A DNA stretch of 64,000 nt, from assembly GCA_015064785.1 (NCBI GenBank), contig SVRM01000001.1, forward strand, positions 349 through 64,348. Direction: 5' to 3'. How positions within the stretch are numbered: position 1 is the first letter of the stretch; each line of letters opens with the position of its first letter. The DNA comes from Oscillospiraceae bacterium. Its GTDB lineage: Bacteria; Bacillota; Clostridia; Oscillospirales; CAG-272. Shown in pieces: positions 8,900-16,532 of the stretch. The position numbers and the translations under genes are program-made. A model generated the notes under the pieces. The model saw only the letters and a program-made list of their open reading frames with translations, did not search any database and was not told the origin of the DNA.

Positions 8900-10216
8900 A
8901 TGTCTTTTTTCTTACACGGCGTTCATGTTCCACACAGAAAAAACACCGCCGATCAGTCTGCGAAGCGTATTTCCCCGGTGAAAACCGTGACCATTCCGAT
9001 GTCCATGCACATCGGCGCACCGGCAAAGCCAACCGTCCGCGTCGGTGATACAGTACAGGTCGGCACGAAGATTGCAGATGCTGTCGGTGCGGTGTCCTCG
9101 CCGATTCATGCAAGTGTGTCCGGTAAGGTCACAAAAATTTCCGATATTCTGCTGTCCTCCGGCAACACCGTTCCGGCTGTTATCATTGAGTCAGACGGAG
9201 AAATGACACCGGATGCAGATATGCAGGCACCGGTCATTGCAAGCCGAGAGGATCTTCTTGTGGCAATGAAGGACAGCGGTGTGGTCGGTCTTGGCGGTGC
9301 AGGCTTCCCGACCTATGTGAAGTGGAGCGCCGATCCCGCACGCATGGAGGATCTGATCATCAACGGCGCGGAATGTGAGCCGTATATCACCTCCGACTCG
9401 CTGACCATGACGGAGCGTGCGGATGATATGGAGTATGCGCTGCGCGTCATCATGAAGCACTTCCCGCTCAAGCGTGTCATCATCGGCATCGAAAGCAATA
9501 AGCCTGCCGCGATTGCTTCGATGAAGGACATGGCTGCCAGAATCGGTGGCGTGGAGGTTTGTGTGCTTCCGCAGCTGTACCCACAGGGCGGTGAGAAGGT
9601 ATTGGTCTATCACACCACAAAAAAGGTCATTCCCGCCGGCAAGCTGCCCATTGACGTTGGCTGTGTCGTCTGCAACTGTACCACGATTGCTGCCATCGGT
9701 TCTTATCTGCAAACCGGTATGCCGCTGGTCGAAAAGTGCATTACCGTGGACGGCGGTGCGGTTGCGGAACCGCAGAACCTGGTTGTCCCGATCGGCACAT
9801 CGCTTGAGGATGTTTTTGCATTCTGCGGCGGACTGAAAAGCACACCGAGTAAGGTTCTCTACGGCGGTCCGATGATGGGTGTCACTGTCCCAGATCTCAG
9901 CGCACCGGTACTCAAAAACACCAACGCAGTCATTGCGCTGACCGAAAAGGAATCCAGACTGCCCAAAACCTCTGCCTGCATCCGCTGCGGTGCCTGCACC
10001 AATGTCTGTCCGCTGGGACTGGCTCCGGCGCAGATTCTGCTTGCGTACAAGAAAAAGGATGCGGACATGCTGAAGGCGCTGTCGGTGGAATCCTGTATGC
10101 TGTGCGGCTGCTGTAGTTTCAACTGCCCTGCCAACCGTCCGCTCGTACAGACGAATTCCCTGTCCAAACAGCTGCTGAAAGAAACCAAGGCAAAGGAGAC
10201 AACCAAACATGGATAA
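8900..10216 (+). CDS. rnfC: Rnf electron-transport complex subunit C
   Basis: 438 aa. Contains GLGGAGFPT and two 4Fe-4S motifs (CIRCGACTNVCP, CMLCGCCSFNCP). First gene of the canonical CDGEAB order. Confidence 0.95.
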   Translation: MSFFLHGVHVPHRKNTADQSAKRISPVKTVTIPMSMHIGAPAKPTVRVGDTVQVGTKIADAVGAVSSPIHASVSGKVTKISDILLSSGNTVPAVIIESDGEMTPDADMQAPVIASREDLLVAMKDSGVVGLGGAGFPTYVKWSADPARMEDLIINGAECEPYITSDSLTMTERADDMEYALRVIMKHFPLKRVIIGIESNKPAAIASMKDMAARIGGVEVCVLPQLYPQGGEKVLVYHTTKKVIPAGKLPIDVGCVVCNCTTIAAIGSYLQTGMPLVEKCITVDGGAVAEPQNLVVPIGTSLEDVFAFCGGLKSTPSKVLYGGPMMGVTVPDLSAPVLKNTNAVIALTEKESRLPKTSACIRCGACTNVCPLGLAPAQILLAYKKKDADMLKALSVESCMLCGCCSFNCPANRPLVQTNSLSKQLLKETKAKETTKHG

Positions 10217-11138
10217 TATGCTTCATATTTCCGCTTCCCCGCATATTCACAGCGGCAGATCGACCATGTCGATTATGCGCGACGTTCTGATTTCACTTAC
10301 ACCTGCGGCTATCGCCGGAACGGTGATCTTTGGTCTGCGCTCGCTTCTGGTCATTGCGGTCTGTGTCGCATCCTGCGTACTGCTGGAAGCACTGTATAAT
10401 TTCATTACCAAAAAGGATCAGACCGTGGGAGATCTCAGTGCCGCGGTCACGGGTCTTTTGCTCGCGCTGAATCTGCCGTCCACTGTCCCGGTCTGGCAGT
10501 GCGTTGTCGGCTGTGTTTTTGCCATCATCGTGGTCAAGTGCCTGTTCGGCGGTATCGGCTGCAACCTTGTCAATCCTGCCATTACGGCACGTGTGTTTAT
10601 GCTCGTTTCCTTCGGCAGCATGGCTTCCCACGGGATGCCGACCATCGTTGACACCGTCTCCGGCGCAACACCGCTGGAGCAGATGGCAAACGGCGGCACG
10701 GTGCCGCTCACCGATCTCATCCTCGGTATCCGCGGCGGTGCCATCGGCGAGACCTGCGCGATTGCACTTCTGCTCGGCTTTGCATATCTCTTGATCCGCC
10801 GCATCATTTCCTGGCACATTCCGGTCATGTATATCGGCAGTGTGTTTGTCCTCTCCCTGCTCGCGGAAGGCTTTGATGCGGCACGTGCGCTGGCTCTGAC
10901 ACTGTCCGGTGCGGTTCTGATCGGTGCGATCTTTATGGCAACCGACTATGTCACCTCTCCCGCAACCGCGTGGGGCAAGGTCATCTTCGGTCTGGGCGCA
11001 GGTTTACTTACGTTCCTGATCCGATACTACGGTATCTATCCCGAAGGTGTATCCTTTGCCGTTCTGTTTATGAACATTCTGACTCCCTATATTGAGAAGC
11101 TGACCGCACACAAGGTATTCGGAGGAAAAGCAGTATGA
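10209..11138 (+). CDS. rnfD: Rnf complex subunit D (membrane, flavinylated)
   Basis: 309-aa polytopic protein. Carries the flavinylation motif TVSGATPLEQ. Overlaps the rnfC stop. Confidence 0.95.
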   Translation: MDNMLHISASPHIHSGRSTMSIMRDVLISLTPAAIAGTVIFGLRSLLVIAVCVASCVLLEALYNFITKKDQTVGDLSAAVTGLLLALNLPSTVPVWQCVVGCVFAIIVVKCLFGGIGCNLVNPAITARVFMLVSFGSMASHGMPTIVDTVSGATPLEQMANGGTVPLTDLILGIRGGAIGETCAIALLLGFAYLLIRRIISWHIPVMYIGSVFVLSLLAEGFDAARALALTLSGAVLIGAIFMATDYVTSPATAWGKVIFGLGAGLLTFLIRYYGIYPEGVSFAVLFMNILTPYIEKLTAHKVFGGKAV

Positions 11139-12328
11139 AAAAATCCGTAAAAAGCATTGCGGTGCTGGTCAGCATCTGCGCCGTGGTATCCGTGATTCTG
11201 GCGCTGACCAATGCAATCACCGCGCCGATCATCACACAAAACGAAGAAATGGCTGCCAATGCAGCACTTCTGGAGGTTCTGCCCGACGGCGGCAGCTTTG
11301 AGCGAGCAGACACCACCGCATACACACTTCCCGCCACTGTTTCCGATGTGTATCTGGCATCGAGCGGCGGACATGTCGTCCGTCTGACGACCACGGGCTA
11401 CGCATCGGGTATGGTTCTGATGTGCGGCATCAACCCCGACGGCACGGTTGCCGGTACCAAGCTCATCGCGTCCTCTGAAACCCCGTCCATCGGCGGCGCG
11501 GCGGCGGAAAGCTTTGCATCACTCCTGCCCGGCAGAAGCCTTGCTGACATTGATGGTGTTGACACGGTTTCCGGCGCGACCAAGACGACTGCGGCTTACC
11601 GTTCTGCTGTCCGCGATGCACTGAACACCGTTGTCATTCTCGGCGGCGGTTCTGTGGATCTGCGTACCGACGAGGAAATCCTTGCAGATGCTCTGAACGA
11701 GGCACTGGGAGCTGCTAACGGTGCATTTACCAAGCACTTCTTCACAGAAGTTACAGAGGGTGTTGATGCGATCTACTTTGCCGACAACGGCGCGGGCGCT
11801 GTCTGCGTCATCGGTGAACAGTTCATCGCACTGGATGCATCCTACACCGTGATCACTGCGTGTGACAATACGGTCGCCGACACAGCCAAAACAGCGGTCG
11901 ACACCGTCCGTGCATCTGCTGTGACCGCGCTTGATCTTGCGGCATATGAAGGTCTGCCGACGCATCTTGTCAAGGCAGAGAAGACCGCCACCGGCAATTA
12001 TGTCATGGAAATCAAAGCAGCAGGCTACGGCATTACCGGCGGCAATGAGTATCATCCCGCATCCGGTGAATATATCCACATCCTCGTATCTCTCACGGCA
12101 GATGGCAGAATCATCGACTGTATGACCTTGTCCCAGGCAGAAACGGACGGCATCGGCTCTGCATGTGCCGACGAGGCGTTCTACGGTCAGTTCGATGGCA
12201 AGACCGAGGAAACTTACAACAGCATCGATGCCATCAGCGGTGCTACGCTGACAACCGACGGCTATAAGAAGGCGATTCTTCGCGCTTTTGAATGTGTCAG
12301 AATTTTTGAAGGAGGCGATCCGTCATGA
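11135..12328 (+). CDS. rnfG: Rnf complex subunit G, unusually long, with two FMN-binding domains
   Basis: 397 aa with an N-terminal anchor helix. Two SGAT flavinylation motifs: DTVSGATKTT (nt 11570..11581) and DAISGATLTT (nt 12236..12247). ATGA overlap with rnfD. Confidence 0.9.
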   Translation: MKKSVKSIAVLVSICAVVSVILALTNAITAPIITQNEEMAANAALLEVLPDGGSFERADTTAYTLPATVSDVYLASSGGHVVRLTTTGYASGMVLMCGINPDGTVAGTKLIASSETPSIGGAAAESFASLLPGRSLADIDGVDTVSGATKTTAAYRSAVRDALNTVVILGGGSVDLRTDEEILADALNEALGAANGAFTKHFFTEVTEGVDAIYFADNGAGAVCVIGEQFIALDASYTVITACDNTVADTAKTAVDTVRASAVTALDLAAYEGLPTHLVKAEKTATGNYVMEIKAAGYGITGGNEYHPASGEYIHILVSLTADGRIIDCMTLSQAETDGIGSACADEAFYGQFDGKTEETYNSIDAISGATLTTDGYKKAILRAFECVRIFEGGDPS

Positions 12329-13014
12329 AGAAGAACAGCTGTCTTTCCATTGTTCTGAACGGTATCATCAAAGAAAATCCCACGCTGGTGCTGATTCTCG
12401 GTACCTGTCCGACGCTGGCGACCACAACCAATGTCTTCGGTGCATTCGGCATGGGCATTGCAACGCTGATGGTTCTCATCTGCTCTAATGTCCTGATTTC
12501 CCTGCTCCGCCGCGTGATTCCGGACAATGTCCGTATTCCGTGTTATATCGTTATCATCGCCGGCTTTGTTACCGTCGTACAGATGATCATTCACGCATAT
12601 CTTCCGGATCTTTATGACATGCTCGGCGTGTACCTTGCGCTGATCGTCGTCAACTGCATCATCCTCGGCCGCGCGGAAATGTTTGCAAGCAAGAACTCTG
12701 TCGGTCGCTCCGCACTGGACGGTCTTGGCATGGGCATCGGCTTTACCTGTGCGCTCTGCGTCATCGCAACCATCCGTGAGGTTCTGGGCGCTGCCAGCTT
12801 TGCCGGCATGTCCATCCCCTTCCTCGCCGACTTTAAGATTGAATTTTTCGTCAAGGCGCCCGGCGGCATGGTCGTTTACGGTCTGCTGATTGCGCTGGTC
12901 AGTGCGCTCACTGCCGGAAAAGCCCCCAAAAAGAAGGAATTTTCGTGCGCCGGCTGTCCCAGTGCCGGTATGTGCGGCAATGCCTGTACACCCCAAAGAA
13001 AGGAGAATGTTTGA
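12325..13014 (+). CDS. rnfE: Rnf complex subunit E
   Basis: 229-aa polytopic protein. The CPTLATTT and NCIILGRAE blocks are typical of RnfE/NqrD. Confidence 0.93.
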   Translation: MKKNSCLSIVLNGIIKENPTLVLILGTCPTLATTTNVFGAFGMGIATLMVLICSNVLISLLRRVIPDNVRIPCYIVIIAGFVTVVQMIIHAYLPDLYDMLGVYLALIVVNCIILGRAEMFASKNSVGRSALDGLGMGIGFTCALCVIATIREVLGAASFAGMSIPFLADFKIEFFVKAPGGMVVYGLLIALVSALTAGKAPKKKEFSCAGCPSAGMCGNACTPQRKENV

Positions 13015-13041
13015 ACATCAACGTTCAAACGGTGATATCAC

Positions 13042-13641
13042 ATGGAAGGCTTCAAGAATCTCATTGTCATTCTCCTCTCATCCGTTTTAGTCAATAACTA
13101 TGTCCTCAGCCGCTTCCTCGGCATCTGTCCGTTCCTCGGCGTCTCGAAGAAGCTCAATCAGGCAGTCGGTATGGGCGTTTCCGTCACGGCTGTCATGCTG
13201 CTTGCCACCTTTGCAACCTGGCCGATCCAGTACTTCGTGCTGGAGCCGCTGGGACTTGCGTATCTTCAGACCATTGTTTTCATTCTGATCATTGCATCGC
13301 TTGTCCAGATTCTCGAAATCATCTTAAAGCGCTTCTCTCCCGCGCTGCACCAGGGTCTTGGCGTCTATTTACCGCTGATCACGACCAACTGTGCCGTGCT
13401 CGGCGTTGCCATCAACAACATCACCGATCAGTACACCTTCATCGAATCCGTGTTCAGCTCCCTCGGCTGCGGACTCGGCTTTCTGCTGGCAATGGTGCTG
13501 TTCTCCGGTCTGCGCTCCCGCATTGACGAAATGGAGGTTCCGGACAACTTCCGCGGTGTTGCGATCACACTGATTGCCGCATCCTTCATTTCTCTTGCAT
13601 TCATGGGACTTGCCGGAATTGTGGACAATCTCTTTGCTTAA
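13042..13641 (+). CDS. rnfA: Rnf complex subunit A
   Basis: 199-aa polytopic protein. The GICPFLGVS and TTNCAVLGVA blocks are typical of RnfA/NqrE. Confidence 0.93.
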   Translation: MEGFKNLIVILLSSVLVNNYVLSRFLGICPFLGVSKKLNQAVGMGVSVTAVMLLATFATWPIQYFVLEPLGLAYLQTIVFILIIASLVQILEIILKRFSPALHQGLGVYLPLITTNCAVLGVAINNITDQYTFIESVFSSLGCGLGFLLAMVLFSGLRSRIDEMEVPDNFRGVAITLIAASFISLAFMGLAGIVDNLFA

Positions 13642-13653
13642 AGGAGGACAACT

Positions 13654-14481
13654 ATGATCATTGATGTATTAACTGCGCTCGGTGTTGTCGTGGCCATCGG
13701 TCTGCTGTTCGGTATCCTGCTCGCGCTGTTCATTTCCCTGTTCGGCATTGAAGAGGACGAGCGTGTCGTGCAGATCCGCGAAACCCTTCCCGGCATCAAC
13801 TGCGGTGCCTGCGGCTTCAAGGGCTGTGCGGACTATGCAGCGGCAATGGCAAAGGGTGATACCCCGCCGAATCTCTGTATTCCCGGTGCGGAAGATGTTG
13901 CAAAAAAGCTCGGTGAAATTCTCGGCGTTGAGGTCGAGGAGCCGAAGGACATGGTCGCCTTTGTACATTGCAACGGCACCTGCGATGCCGCACCCGAAAA
14001 AGCAAATTATGACGGTATTGCCACCTGCAAGGCGCGTGCGGCCGTATACGGCGGACCCAAGGCGTGTAACTGGGGTTGTCTCGGCTGCGGCGACTGTGCC
14101 GCGGTTTGTGTCGCCGATGCCATCTGTCTTGCGGACGGCATTGCACGCATCAATACCGAACGCTGTGTCGGCTGCGGACTGTGCGTGAAGGAATGCCCGA
14201 AAAAGATCATTTCGATGGTTCCGCAGGAAACTGCGGCAGCCGTCTTTTGCAGCAGCCATGATCGCGGTGCCGATGCCCGTAAGGTGTGCCAAAATGCCTG
14301 CATCGCATGTAAAAAATGCGAGAAGACCTGTCCGCACGGCGCGATTACCGTTGTCAATAACTGCGCGGTCATTGACTACAGCAAGTGTACCGGATGCGGT
14401 GCGTGTACCGAGGTCTGTCCGACGGGATGCCTCAAGCGCGTCAGCTTCCCTGACCTGCCGGAAGACTTCAGCTGGAACTGA
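13654..14481 (+). CDS. rnfB: Rnf complex subunit B (polyferredoxin)
   Basis: 275 aa. N-terminal TM helix, CGACGFKGC block and several CxxCxxCxxxCP ferredoxin motifs. Confidence 0.93.
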   Translation: MIIDVLTALGVVVAIGLLFGILLALFISLFGIEEDERVVQIRETLPGINCGACGFKGCADYAAAMAKGDTPPNLCIPGAEDVAKKLGEILGVEVEEPKDMVAFVHCNGTCDAAPEKANYDGIATCKARAAVYGGPKACNWGCLGCGDCAAVCVADAICLADGIARINTERCVGCGLCVKECPKKIISMVPQETAAAVFCSSHDRGADARKVCQNACIACKKCEKTCPHGAITVVNNCAVIDYSKCTGCGACTEVCPTGCLKRVSFPDLPEDFSWN

Positions 14482-14485
14482 CCGG

Positions 14486-14875
14486 ATGCAGTATTGCAGC
14501 AATCATTCCGGACGGAAATACAGGCATGATCTTCTGTTCATCGGCGGATTGCTTCTGATTATTGCCGCCGCGTCACTTGCACTGTTTTTATTCCGCGTAC
14601 CCGGCGATACTGTCACCGTCACAGTCGACGGACAGGTGTGGGGCGAATTTTCGCTCAGCGAAAACCGCACAGTGGAGATTACCGGTGCTGACGGTTACAA
14701 TCTGCTGGTCATCGCGAATGGGCAGGCGTATGTGTCAGAAGCAAGCTGTCCTGACGGCATCTGCTCATCCCACCGTCCGATCAGCCATGACGGGGAGTCC
14801 ATTATCTGTCTGCCGAACCGGGTTGTCATCTCGGTACAAAGGCAGGATGACCGACAGCCGGACATTATCTCATAA
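14486..14875 (+). CDS. NusG domain II-containing membrane-anchored protein (DUF1312 family)
   Basis: In-frame ATG at 14486, just after the rnfB stop, within listed ORF 14258..14875. TM helix LLFIGGLLLIIAAASLALFLF, then VTVDGQVWGEFSL...ASCPDGICSSHRPISHDGESIICLPNRVVISV, which resembles the NusG_II signature. Confidence 0.8.
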   Translation: MQYCSNHSGRKYRHDLLFIGGLLLIIAAASLALFLFRVPGDTVTVTVDGQVWGEFSLSENRTVEITGADGYNLLVIANGQAYVSEASCPDGICSSHRPISHDGESIICLPNRVVISVQRQDDRQPDIIS

Positions 14876-14893
14876 GGAGTGCATTGCGGAGTC

Positions 14894-15409
14894 ATGAAAC
14901 AGAACGCAGCCAAAAAAATTGCATTTCTCGGACTTGCCGCTTCCCTGTCGCTTCTGCTGTCCTATGTGGAGCTGCTGCTGCCGCCCGTTTATGCCGCAGT
15001 TCCGGGAATTAAGCTCGGTTTGCCGAATATCGTCATTCTCTATCTGCTTTATTCGCTCGGGCTGCGATATGCCGCGCCGGTGTCGCTGATCCGGCTCTGC
15101 ATCTCCTCCCTGCTGTTCGGAAATGCCATGACATTTGCCTACAGTCTTGCAGGTGCACTTCTCAGTATGCTTGTGATGTGTATTCTGAAAAAGACCGGTT
15201 TTCTGTCGGAGATCGGTGTGAGTGTCGCAGGTGGTGTGTCCCACAACCTTGGGCAGATTCTGGTGGCGGTACTTCTTCTCGACACGCCGCAGATCGCCTA
15301 TTATATGATCGTACTGGCAATCACAGGAACCGTTTCCGGAATTTTCATCGGACTTTGCGGCGCATATCTGATCCGTCGGATTCCACCGCGAAAATTGTTT
15401 ATATTTTAA
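14894..15409 (+). CDS. Gx transporter family protein (PF07456, formerly 'heptaprenyl diphosphate synthase component I')
   Basis: Polytopic protein. The PGIKLGLPNIVILYLLY and GVSVAGGVSHNLGQILVAVLLLDT blocks are typical of the family. Start at ATG 14894, or GTG 14879. Confidence 0.8.
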   Translation: MKQNAAKKIAFLGLAASLSLLLSYVELLLPPVYAAVPGIKLGLPNIVILYLLYSLGLRYAAPVSLIRLCISSLLFGNAMTFAYSLAGALLSMLVMCILKKTGFLSEIGVSVAGGVSHNLGQILVAVLLLDTPQIAYYMIVLAITGTVSGIFIGLCGAYLIRRIPPRKLFIF

Positions 15410-15429
15410 CAAAAAATTCAGCATAATTA

Positions 15430-15459
15430 TTGACATGGGATATGCATTTATGGTATAAT
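15430..15459 (+). promoter_or_regulatory. Candidate sigma-A promoter for the lipoprotein-apbE unit
   Basis: TTGACA (15430..15435), 18 bp, TATAAT (15454..15459) with TGg extended -10. Confidence 0.5.
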
Positions 15460-15476
15460 ACTATAAGCATATCCCA
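15436..15476. promoter_or_regulatory. Perfect 10-bp inverted repeat bracketing the -10 box (candidate repressor operator)
   Basis: TGGGATATGC (15436..15445) and GCATATCCCA (15467..15476) are exact reverse complements, 21 bp apart. The TATAAT box lies between them. Confidence 0.5.
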
Positions 15477-15500
15477 AAATTATATATAAGGAGCAACACA

Positions 15501-16469
15501 ATGAAGAAACTCATTTCAATTCTGTTGGTATCTCTGATGGTACTGACCGCATTTGCTGTTACCGGATGCAGCGGCGCAGGTGCAGACCTCAAGCTCGGGC
15601 TCGGTGTATACACAACCGTATCGGCGGCTGATGCTACTGAGGATAAAGACGGTCAGGGTCAGGCAACGATTACCGCAGCAGCGGTTCTGGTTGATGCTGA
15701 CGGCAAGATCGTCCGTGCATTCATCGACTGTGCCGACAACAAGGTTGGCTATACGGCAGATGGCAAGGCTGTTGCCGCGCAGAGCTTCACCACCAAGTAC
15801 GAAGCAGGCAAGGAATACAACATGGTCGCGTATGGCGGCGCTGTCAAGGAGTGGTATGAACAGGCAGATGCGTTCTGCGCACTGATCGTCGGCAAGACTG
15901 CGGCAGAGGTCAAGGCGCTTGTCACCGATGCCGGCACCGGTACCGATGATGTCATCAATGCAGGCTGTACCATCGCGATTTCCGAATTCGCATATGCTGT
16001 CGATCGCGCCATTACCAATGCGACTGTCACTGGTGCATCCTCTGCTGACACGCTGAAGCTCGGTATCTCTACCGCGCAGACCACCACCGATGCGACCGAG
16101 GACAAAGCAGGCACCAACAAGGTCGAAACCACCTTCTTTGCGGCTGCTGTCGGTGCTGACGGCAAGGTAACTGCTGCTTCCAGTGACTGCGTTGAGGTAT
16201 CCTTCGGTTTTGATACTGCTGGCAAGTCCACCTTTGATGCATCCAAGGCGATTGCCTCCAAGAAGGAACAGGGCGATACCTACGGCATGAAGGCTTACGG
16301 CGGCGCTGCAAAGGAATGGTATGAACAGGCAGCGGCATTTGATACTGCATGTGTCGGCAAGACTGCAGCCGAGATTTCCGGTTTTGCAGACGGCAATGCG
16401 GATCTTCAGGCAGCCGGCTGTACCATTGCTGTCACTGGTTTTGCCAAGGCAGCAGCCAAGATCGGCTGA
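15501..16469 (+). CDS. Lipoprotein with two tandem homologous domains (FMN_bind-like, non-canonical AGCT motif)
   Basis: 322 aa. Signal peptide plus lipobox (LTAFAVTGC). Internal duplication: aa 30-170 against aa 185-320, sharing LKLG, DATEDK, YGGA.KEWYEQA.AF, VGKTAAE and AGCTIA. AAGGAG RBS upstream. Confidence 0.85.
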   Translation: MKKLISILLVSLMVLTAFAVTGCSGAGADLKLGLGVYTTVSAADATEDKDGQGQATITAAAVLVDADGKIVRAFIDCADNKVGYTADGKAVAAQSFTTKYEAGKEYNMVAYGGAVKEWYEQADAFCALIVGKTAAEVKALVTDAGTGTDDVINAGCTIAISEFAYAVDRAITNATVTGASSADTLKLGISTAQTTTDATEDKAGTNKVETTFFAAAVGADGKVTAASSDCVEVSFGFDTAGKSTFDASKAIASKKEQGDTYGMKAYGGAAKEWYEQAAAFDTACVGKTAAEISGFADGNADLQAAGCTIAVTGFAKAAAKIG

Positions 16470-16482
16470 TAACAAAAAACAA

Positions 16483-16518
16483 GTGGGCTGCGGCACAATC
16501 GTGCAACAGCCCATTTTT
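16483..16518 (+). terminator. Intrinsic terminator/attenuator between the lipoprotein gene and apbE
   Basis: GTGGGCTG...CAGCCCAT stem followed by TTTTT. The apbE RBS (GGAGG) starts 6 nt later. Confidence 0.55.
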
Positions 16519-16532
16519 ACTCCGGAGGCACC

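Noticed and set aside
9191-10210. 339-aa minus-strand ORF opposite rnfC. Similar long antisense ORFs lie opposite rnfE, rnfB, the lipoprotein gene, the Na/Pi carrier and the MATE pump.
   Set aside because: All lie opposite genes with strong family signatures and operon context. They are treated as shadow ORFs.
14258-14485. 5' part of listed ORF 14258..14875, overlapping the end of rnfB
   Set aside because: It overlaps rnfB in another frame. The NusG-II-like sequence begins at the in-frame ATG 14486, immediately after the rnfB stop.
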